The notes beneath the pieces were generated by a model. It saw only the letters and a list, made by a program, of their open reading frames with translations, ran no database searches and was not told the origin of the DNA. The translations under genes and the position numbers were made by a program. 60,261 bases of DNA from Slackia heliotrinireducens (GTDB lineage: Bacteria; Actinomycetota; Aquicultoria; DYIV01). This document shows positions 39,171-48,300 of the stretch, in pieces (position 1 is the first letter of the stretch; each line of letters begins with the position of its first letter). The stretch spans positions 1 to 60,261 of the forward strand of contig DYIV01000001.1 in assembly GCA_020723435.1 (NCBI GenBank), written 5' to 3'.

Positions 39171-39434
39171 TTAGCTTTGCTCGCTTTGCCCTGCCTGCTG
39201 TGCCGGCTCCGCCTTCTCGGCGGGCTGCGCCTTCTGCCGGCGGCCATACTTCTTCTCGAAACGCTCGACGCGTCCGCCGCTGTCGACCAGCTTCTGCTTG
39301 CCGGAGTAGAAGGGGTGGCACTTGGAGCAGAGCTCTATGTGCAGATTGGCCTTGGTCGACCGCGTCTTGAACTTCTCACCGCACGAGCAGACGACCGTGG
39401 CCTCGACATATTCGGGATGGATGTCCTTCTTCAT
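39171..39434 (-). CDS. rpmE: 50S ribosomal protein L31 (Zn-ribbon type A)
   Basis: MKKDIHPEY.....C.CG.......T......[12 protein letters not shown] with both CxxC-like pairs present. It has a Lys/Ala/Gln-rich C-terminal tail. Confidence 0.95.
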   Translation of the reverse strand: MKKDIHPEYVEATVVCSCGEKFKTRSTKANLHIELCSKCHPFYSGKQKLVDSGGRVERFEKKYGRRQKAQPAEKAEPAQQAGQSEQS

Positions 39435-39469
39435 GGCTTGCTGATTCACCTCCGCGAAAAACCTGCGCT

Positions 39470-39499
39470 AGTCTAACACAGGCCCGCAGGGCATTTCAA
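39470..39499 (-). promoter_or_regulatory. candidate sigma70-type promoter for rpmE-thyX...
   Basis: The minus sense reads TTGAAA, an 18-nt spacer, then TAGACT, about 35 nt upstream of the rpmE ATG. Pattern match only. Confidence 0.3.
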
Positions 39500-39537
39500 A
39501 ACTGAATCAGCGCGCGACGCGGTGGGTCGTCGCCGGA

Positions 39538-42174
39538 CTACCACACTGTCAGACGGTTGTAGCCGAGGCGTCGCTGACCGTTTCCGGCCAGATCGACGGC
39601 GTAGACGAAGAATCGATAGGTTCCCCGTCGCAGGCCGCACTTGAACCGGGTTGAGAGCCACCTGTTGGTCAGGCGGCCGGGGAGATACAGGGTCTTCACC
39701 AATCGGCCCCGGAGTGTCTTGATCTTGATCCTGACCGTGGCCTTGGGACTCAAGGCGTCGGTCACCTTGTACCTGAGCGTCGCCCAGCGGAATCTGCGCA
39801 CGCTCGATCTGTACGGTGCCCAAGTCTTCGGCCCGCTTCTGTCGAGCACGATCGTGTCCGACGCATCGAGCGTCTCTCCGTCCCAGTTCTGGTACTGCGC
39901 GTACACGGTCTTCGTGCCGTCGGGTATGCCGTAGCCGGCGTCACCGTACCACAACTGGTAGGCCATGGCCGGCTGGTACGCGAGCCAGGAGTGGAGCGGC
40001 AACTCCGCCTGGTCCTCGGACAGCCGCATCCACTGCGCGTCCGCGACGTTGGAGTTGACGATGATATCTATCGACCGGGTGTAGACCGCACCGCCGTTGA
40101 GCGCGAGCGTCCCCGTCGGCGTGGGCGTATCCGAGGGAATGGTCAGAGAGTAGACGCCCTTGGGCCAAGTTCCGGCGAACAAGGTCCGGTCAGTCGCGTA
40201 TGCCGGGCTCACCGCGACGCATCCCACGCTCTCGCCGGCGATATTCCCCGAGATTTCACGGTACGAGTCTTCACCGGCGGCGCGGCGGAAGACGCCGGAG
40301 CCCCAGTAGTCGGAGGAGAGACCGCCGAACATCGTGGAGTCGCTTGCGTAGTCTGGCGAGAAGGCGACGCTGAACGGCGCCATTTGAGCGTAGCTGCCCC
40401 ACGTCGTTCCCCCGTCGGTCGACATGGCCCAATCGGCGACGACGGTCTGGTCGGCCGCGTAGTTCGGTGACACGGCGATGGAGTTGAATCCCTGGGAGTA
40501 GGAGTGCACCGTGTCCCAGTCCCCTCCGCCGTTGGTGGTTCTTACGATATCGTCCCCGGCGATGGCGAAGAGGGTCTGGTCCGAAGCGAAGTTGGGAGAG
40601 ATCGCGAGGTCATCCGCCCACTGGCCCCTCGGGAACCACGAGCCGCCGCCGTCTGTCGACCTGTAGATCCAGCCCTGGGAATACCCCTTCGACGCGCTGA
40701 CACAAAAGAGCGTCGTGTCGCTGGGGTAGTTGGGCGAGATGACGAGGCTGTTGACGGCGTCGTACAGACCGTTGTTGACCGGGCTCCATCCGCCTCCCCC
40801 GTCCGTCGACTTGAACGCCCCATCGCTCCACGTGCCGACGAACACCGTGTGGTCGCTGCCGAACGCCGGCGAGACGGCGATCGCCTGAACGCTGGAGCTC
40901 ACGACGTCCGACCCGACCAACTGCCAGGAAGACGCGCCGTCAGCCGATCTGAACAGACCGGCCTCCGTGCCGGCGAAGAGCGTGCTGTCCGAGCCAAAAC
41001 CGGGAGACGCGGCCAGGACGCCTACGCCCATCTTGGCCACACCCGCGTTCGCTTCCGTCCAGGAGCCGGCTCCGTCTTGCGTCCTGAAGATGCCGGCCAT
41101 AGTCCCGGCGAGAACGGTCTGGTCGGAGGCGAAGGCGGGAGAGGGCGCCAGCGCCGAGACGTTGCCGCTCTTCAGGCCGGTGCTCGCCGCCGACCAGTTG
41201 TCCCCTCCGTCGGTGGATAGACTCACACCTCGGCGCCATCCACCCGCCAGGACGGTTTGGTCGGAGGCGAAGGCGGGAGATACTGCGACCGAGGACATGT
41301 CATCCTCGGGCAAGGTGGTCGTCATTTCGGTCCACGTGTCGCCCCAGTTCGTGGAGCGGTAGAGGCAGGAGATCTCATCGGGGCCCTCCCAACGCACCAA
41401 CACCACGAATGCGGTGCCGTCGTCGCGGAAATCCGGTGACAGGGCCAATCCGCCCGCGCAGTAGTATTCGAATCCGAGATCGATGGGGCTCCAGCTCGTG
41501 CCGGCGTTCGTCGACTTGAACAGCACACCGTTGGTGGCGGCCAGAACCGTGCGGTCCGTCGTGAACCCGCCGGAGACGCCTATCGACCACACCGACACGC
41601 CTTCGTCCATGCCGCTGTTGATCTCGGTCCAGCTCGCGCCGCCGTTGGTCGACCTGAACATCCCCGCGTCGGTGCCGGCGAAGATCGTCCTGTCGACGGC
41701 GAAGGCGGGCGAGATGCCCATCGCATAGACGCTTCTCAGCGGCGTGAGCCCGGCGCCTACGGCGATCCAGGTGGTTCCTCCGTTGACTGACTTGAGTATG
41801 CTGCCCTCACTACCCCACACGCCCGCGAAGATCGTGTGGTCCACCGCGAAGTTCGGCGAGACGGCGATGCACTGGGGACCCCCCAAGCCGACGGGACTGC
41901 CGGGAGCGCCCACGGCCAGCTCGGTCCAAGAGGCTCCGTCGTCGGTGGATTTGTACAAGCCGTAGCACATGGCAAAGGCCGTGTGATCAGCAGCGAAGTT
42001 GGGGGAGATCGCAATGGACTTGACCCATCCGCCGGAAGGCCCTCCCGACGTCCAGGTGCCCACGCCGGCGAGAGCGACGGCCGGAAACGCCGTCGTCAGG
42101 AGGGCCGCCGCAGCGGCGAGCAAGGTTGCCCGGACCCGCCATGAAGCCTTCCGCACCTCGAGCCGCCTCCTCAT
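39538..42174 (-). CDS. large secreted BNR/Asp-box (sialidase-like, Ycf48-like) beta-propeller repeat protein with C-terminal Ig-like domains
   Basis: It has about 12 S-x-[DN]-G-G-x-[ST]-W Asp-boxes, interleaved with about 14 copies of SP.F..D.T.FAG. It has a signal peptide (ATLLAAAAALLTTAFPAVALA). The C-terminus has the FlgD-Ig-like pattern (TVRIKIKTLRGRLVKTLYL...GTYRFFVYAVDLAGN). The start is uncertain (ATG 42174 versus TTG 42252). Confidence 0.8.
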   Translation of the reverse strand: MRRRLEVRKASWRVRATLLAAAAALLTTAFPAVALAGVGTWTSGGPSGGWVKSIAISPNFAADHTAFAMCYGLYKSTDDGASWTELAVGAPGSPVGLGGPQCIAVSPNFAVDHTIFAGVWGSEGSILKSVNGGTTWIAVGAGLTPLRSVYAMGISPAFAVDRTIFAGTDAGMFRSTNGGASWTEINSGMDEGVSVWSIGVSGGFTTDRTVLAATNGVLFKSTNAGTSWSPIDLGFEYYCAGGLALSPDFRDDGTAFVVLVRWEGPDEISCLYRSTNWGDTWTEMTTTLPEDDMSSVAVSPAFASDQTVLAGGWRRGVSLSTDGGDNWSAASTGLKSGNVSALAPSPAFASDQTVLAGTMAGIFRTQDGAGSWTEANAGVAKMGVGVLAASPGFGSDSTLFAGTEAGLFRSADGASSWQLVGSDVVSSSVQAIAVSPAFGSDHTVFVGTWSDGAFKSTDGGGGWSPVNNGLYDAVNSLVISPNYPSDTTLFCVSASKGYSQGWIYRSTDGGGSWFPRGQWADDLAISPNFASDQTLFAIAGDDIVRTTNGGGDWDTVHSYSQGFNSIAVSPNYAADQTVVADWAMSTDGGTTWGSYAQMAPFSVAFSPDYASDSTMFGGLSSDYWGSGVFRRAAGEDSYREISGNIAGESVGCVAVSPAYATDRTLFAGTWPKGVYSLTIPSDTPTPTGTLALNGGAVYTRSIDIIVNSNVADAQWMRLSEDQAELPLHSWLAYQPAMAYQLWYGDAGYGIPDGTKTVYAQYQNWDGETLDASDTIVLDRSGPKTWAPYRSSVRRFRWATLRYKVTDALSPKATVRIKIKTLRGRLVKTLYLPGRLTNRWLSTRFKCGLRRGTYRFFVYAVDLAGNGQRRLGYNRLTVW

Positions 42175-42381
42175 CGCGCACGCCGTGGCCGGAACTCGTC
42201 TCGCGATCACTTCAACCACTATTAGTATACGGCGTCGGTGCGGCGATGGCAACGCCAGAATGCCTGTTCAGAACGTATGTAGGCCGGTTGCCGCTCGCTC
42301 GTCACCTCATGCGTCCGGCTTCAGGCCTTCAGTATTCGCCTGCCTCCGGCCTGCCCCGGCGTGCCCCCGGCCGGCCGCGCT

Positions 42382-45300
42382 CTACCTCGCGCGGAAGTAG
42401 CGAATCGAGCTGTACTTGGCCGAGTGATCGTAGCAGTAGTGGTAAGCCCGGGCGTAATAATAGCCGGCGTACCTCACCCGGTATGAGAGCTTGTAGGACG
42501 TGACCCCGGCGGCTAGCACGACATTCCTGTATCCGTACCGCACCCACCGCCGCCGCACCTTGCGATAGAAGTAGACGCGAACGGTGGACGCGCCCCAATG
42601 CGCGGGAACGACCGAGCCTCTCACGGTGAAGTGCCGGTTGCGCCTGACTATGCTGGGCGTGCTCGGACGTCCAACCGTCGCGGAGATCAGGCGGGGATAA
42701 GCCGCCGTGGTGGCTACGGTGCTCCAGGTCCCGTGGCTGTTGCGCGCGAACGCGCTGAAGTACTGGACGACGTTGTTCGGCAGACTGGTTGCCAACAGCG
42801 ACCCGCCCACACCTTCGTAGACCTGTGTCCCGTCCGACGGCGACGTCGCGTAGCCCGCCATCGAGCGAAGGATTCTCGTCGTGGCGAAATCGCCGGTCGG
42901 GTTGGTCCATGTCAGCCACGCCCGCGCGTTGCCACGCGTCGCTCGGAAGTTCGTGACCGGGCTGCAGGGCGGAGGCGGCACATAGCTGGCCTTCCAGTGG
43001 AGCGCGACGGTTCCCGTGGCGCCGTCGGACCCGTCCACCGCGACGCGGTAGGTCTGGGTCGGCGAGACGGTGATCTCAATCGCGCTCTGCGCGACCGACT
43101 GCGTGTCGTCGTTGCTTGCGACCTCGCTCAGGCTCCCGACGGCCGAACCGGTGTAGACGCCGAGCAGCGTGTTGAAGTCGCTGCCCATGGTGTCGACGGT
43201 GAGTGTCCCGTCGCCCGACGGAGTGAAGCGGTACCACAGAGACCTGCCGCCGGCGTTGCCCGCGTGGTTCGGCTCGCCCGGTTCCTTGGTCGCGTCGGCG
43301 TTGGTGCCGGTCACCGTTCCTTCGGCGCCAAGAAGCGACCGGGCATCCGAGAAGCCGTCATTGTCGGCGCCCAGCTCCGACCAATCCCAGTTGAGCACCA
43401 ACCCACCGGCGGCGCCTCCGACGCCATCGACCGCGATCACGTACGTCTGCCCGGCGGCCACGCGACAGACCGCGGCGCTCTGCAGACTCGTGCCTGCGTT
43501 GTCGTTGCTCGTCCGGCGGGTGAGGTCATCGACCTCCGTGCCCGTGTAGACGCCGAGCAGGGTGTTGAACTCGCTGCCGAACGTGTCGATCGACAGCGTA
43601 CCGTCCGCCGGCGCGGTCCAGGCGTACCAAACCGACGCGCCGCCACTTTGCTCGGCATGATCCGGCTCGTCCTCCTCCTTGGTGGCACCCACGCTCGAGC
43701 CGGAGACCGAACCCGCCGTCTCCGTCAGGACCCGGGCGCTCGAGAAGTCGTCGTTTGGTGGGGCGGCTCCCCCACTCGACCAGTGCAGGACGACGTCCCC
43801 GAAATCGTCGACCCAGTAGCCGTCGACCGCGATGTGGTAGGTCGTTCCGGCTGTCGCCGAGAACGTCACCTGGCTGGACACGCCCGCGCCGCTGTCGTCG
43901 TCGCTGGTGACTTCGGCGAGCGCGCCGACGCTTGAGCCGGTGTAGACCCCAAGAACCGTATCGAAGTCGCTTCCCTGGGTGTCGAACGTCACATCCCTGC
44001 TGGTCGTGGGCGTCCAGACGTACCACACGGATGCCTGGCCGTCCTGTTGGTTGTGGTATGGCTCCAGCGGTTCCTTCGTGGCGCCGATCGTCGACCCCGT
44101 GACGGTTCCGCCGCCCTCGGCGAGCAGTTGGGCGTCGACGAAATCATCGTTCGCGGGCCGGTCCGGGACGCGCCAGTGCAGCGCCACGTCCCCGGTCTGG
44201 CCTCGGTTTCCGTCGATGGCGATCTTGTACGCAGTTCCGGCCTGGGCGGAGAAGACCGCCTTGCTCTGCAGCCTGCCGCCTGAGTCGTTGTCGTCTGTCA
44301 CATACTCCAAAGAGCCAAAGCTGGTTCCCGTGTAGACCCCGAGCAAAGTATCGAAGTCGCTTCCGTAGGTGTCGATGATCACCTGGCAATCGCTCGCGGG
44401 CGTCCACGAGTACCACAAGGACGACCGGCCGCGCTCTCCGGCGTGCTCGGGCTCCGATGCCTCCCTGCTGGCGCCGACGTTGCTGGCGGTCACCGTGCCG
44501 GCCGCTCCGGGCATGGCCTGCGCGTTCGCGAAGTCGTCGTTGCCGGGCCCGCCCGGGTCGGCATGGAAGGCCCACCTGATCGTAGCGTCGCCGCGCGCTC
44601 CGTTCTTGCCGTCGACCGCTATGCGATACGTCGATCCGGCCGTCGTCCGCAGTGTCACGCGGCTCTGACCGGAGTCGTTTGCGTCGTCGTTGCTGGCCAC
44701 TCGCACGAGCGCCTCGACGCTCAAGCCTCGATAGACTCCGAGCACGGTGTCGAGCCCGCTTTCCAGCGTGTCGATCAAGAGAGAGCCGTCGGCCGGCGTC
44801 GTCCAGACGTACCACATCGAGCCACCACCTGCATTGCCGGCGTGCGCGGGCTCCGACTCCTCCTTGGTCATCTCGGTGTTTGAACCGGTCGAGACCCCGG
44901 TCGCTCCGTCCAGCCCTTCGGCGTCCGCGAACATGTCATTCGCGACCGGCGACGCGAGGTGCCAGCCGAGGACGACGCTGCCGGACTCGGCGCTCCAGTA
45001 GCCCCACCGCTTGTCGACCGCGATCATGTAGGTCTGTCCCGCCTGCGCCGGCAGACGAATGCGAGCCGGGCTGGCGAGACCGGTGCCGAGTGCCCTGCCG
45101 ACCAGAGTCAGGCCGCTGAGACTGGTGCCCTTGTAGATGCAGAGCGCCGCGGCGAAATCGGTTCCCGCGGTATCCAGCTCGACAACACCGCTCGACGGGG
45201 CGGTCCACGAGTACCACACCGAGCTCGTGGCCGGGCCGTAGCCGGAGTGCGCCGGCTCCGATGTCTCAACGGTCGCGCCCAGATTGCTCCCGGTGACCGT

Positions 45301-48300
45301 GCCCTCATCCCCAGAAACCAGCTGGGCCGAGGCGAAGTTGTCGTTGGGCGGCGGGGTCCGAGCGTGCCAATGGAGCGCCACGTTGCCGACGAGCCCGCCG
45401 CGTCCATCCACCGCGATCTGGTAGGTCTGGCCCAGCGTCACTTGCATGACCGCCCGGCTTTGGAGAGTGCCAAGGGCGTCCTGGTTATTCGCCACCTGTG
45501 TCAGAGCGTTCACGGCGGAGCCGGTGTACACGCCGATCTGGGTGTCGAAGTCGCTCCCGAACGTGTCGATTACGAGATATCCACTGCTGAGCGCCGTCCA
45601 CTTGTACCAGATCGAGGCGCCGCCCGTGTTGCCCGCGTGGTTCGGCTCGCCCGATTCCTTCGACCCTCCGACGTTGGAGCCGGTCACGGTGCCGTCGTTG
45701 CCCGTCAGTTCGGTGCGGGCGGAGAGATCATCGTTTGCCGGCGGACCGCCCGCCGTAAGCCTCCAGCGCAGGGTCGACCGGCCGCGCCGCCCGTTCCAGC
45801 CGTCGACGGCGATCCGGTACGCCTGCCCGGACGTGACGCGGAAGCTCACTCTGCTCCAACCGCTGCCGGCAGCGTCGTCATCGCCGGCCAGAGTCGCAAG
45901 CGAGTTGACCGCCGTGCCGGCATACGCCCCGAGCAGCGTGTCGAAGTCGCTGCCGACGGTGTCGAAGGTGACCGTGCCGTTGGCCGGAGCCGTCCAGTTG
46001 TACCAGATGGAGGCGCCTCCGGCGTTTCCGGCGTGATTCGGCTCGCCGGCCTCCTTGGTCGCCGTGAAGTTGGAGCCGGTCTCCGTGCCCTCCGAGCCTG
46101 CGATCGCAGTGGCCACCGAGAAGTTGTCGTTGGTGATGCGAGGCAGGAGACTCCAGTGCAGGCCGACCTGGCCGGCCTGCCCGTCCCGCCCGTCGATGGC
46201 AACGCGATACGTCACGCCGCTGGTGACCTCGACCGCCACCAGACTCTGGTCGCCCTCGAAGTCGTCGTTCGCGCCCACCTCGGTGAGTCCCCCAACGGTC
46301 GAGCCGGTGTAGACACCCAGGAGCGTGTCGAAGTCGCTGTCGTATGTGTCGATGACGAGCAGGCCGTTGCTCGGGGCAGTGAACCTGTACCACAGAGAAG
46401 ATCCGCCTGTGTTTGCGGCGTGGTCCGGTTCGCCCGCCTCCTTGGTGGCGCCGACGCTGGACGCGCCTGTCGTGCCCTCGGCGCCACCCAGCACCTCCGC
46501 CGCCCCAAAGTCGTCGTTGAGCGCGGCGGGGCCGGTATTCCAGTGCAGGAAGATGTCTCCGACGCTCTCGTCGTAACCATCCACCGCCACCTTGTAGACG
46601 ACGCCCGGACTGGCCCTGAACCGCACGAGACTCGTGGAGTCACCGCCGCCCTCGTCGTCACTTGCCACCTCAGTGAGGCTGTCGACGGCCGTGCCGGTGT
46701 AGACGCCGAGCATGGTGTCGAAGTTGGAGCCGATGGTGTCGATGGTGACGACCTTGGTCGCATCGGAGGTGAAAGTGAACCACAGTGAGGTGTCACCATG
46801 GTATCCCGCGTGATACGGCTCGCCGTTTTCTCTGGTCGCGCCCTCATTCGAGCCGGTCCAGCTTCCGGAGTCGCCGGGGAGGGCCTCAGCGTTGGCCATG
46901 TCGTCGTTGGCGGGAGAGCTCTTCCACTCGAGTCCAAAGGCGCCACACCCTCCGTCGTAGCCGTCGACGGCCACGTAGTAGGTGACGCCGGCCGTCGCGT
47001 CAAAGCCGGCCGAGATACTATCGCCGGCTATCTTGGTCAGCGAGCCGACATCGGACCCGACGAAGACGCCTACCAGGCAGTCGAATTCATCCGACCACGT
47101 GCCCAAGGAGACGTTGCAGGTGTCCGGAGCCGTCCAGGAGTACCACACGGAGGAATTCCCGGGATCCCAGGCGACGATCTCGGGCTCCGACGGCTCCTTG
47201 CCCGCCCCCATGGTCGAGCCTTCGATCGACCCGTAGCGCCCGACCAGAGGCCGCGCGTCGGCGAAGTAGTCATTGTCCGGACACGGATAGGTCCTGTAGT
47301 GCAAGGCGAGAAGACTACCCATGTCTCCGGCGTAACCGTCTACGGCGATCCTGTACGTCGTCCCCGCGGTCGCGTGCACGATCACGCGCTCGTAGTCATC
47401 GTACGAGTAGTTATCGTTGGCCTGACCTATCAGTGTCAGGGCGTCGACCGAGTCCCCCGTGTAGACGCCGAGCACCGTGTCGAAGTAGCTTCCGTCGGTG
47501 TCGAAGGCGACCACCGTGTCGGTCGTGGCCGTCCACGAGTACCAGACTGAGGCCCCTCCCGAGCTCCACCCATGGTCGGGCTCGCCCGTCTCCTTGGTCG
47601 CTCCCATGTTGTTGCTGGTAACGGTCCCCTCGTCGCCCGAGAGCACCTCGGCCAGATCGAAGTTGTCGTTTGAGGGGACGGCGCTCGAGAAGCGCCAGTG
47701 CAGCTCGACGTTGCCCATCTCCCCGTACTTGCCGTCGACGGCGACTCGGTAGGTGGTACCGCTGGTGGCGTGAAAGGCGAAGCGGCAGGCCGTCGTCTCC
47801 TCGAAGGCGTCGCTGTTCTCCGCGACCGTAGAAAGCTCTCCGTAGGCTGACCCGGTGTAGGCGCTCATCAGCGTGTCGAAATCGCTGCCGAAAGTGTCGA
47901 ACATGACGGCGCCGTCGGCCGGGGCGGTCCAGTAGTACCAGACCGATGCCGATCCGTAGCCCCAGTACTCGCCGTGCAGAGGCTCGTTCACCTCACGCGT
48001 GCCGCCGAGCGTCGTGCCCGTGACGGTCCCTTCGTTGCCGGAGAGCATCTGCGCGTCGGCGAGGTTGTCGTTGTCCGGCTTGAAGAAGTGCCAGTGGAGC
48101 AGGGCGGTGCCGGCGTCGCCGCTGCCTCCATCCACGCCGATGTGATAGGTCGTGCCCGACGTCACTCTCGAGACGATGCGGCTCTGCCTGACGCCCTCGG
48201 CGTCGTCGTTCGCGTCGAGCTCGTCGAGCGTGTCGACCGTCGAGCCGGTGCACAAGTCGATCAGCGTGTCGTAGTTGCTGCCAAACGTGTCGACGACGAG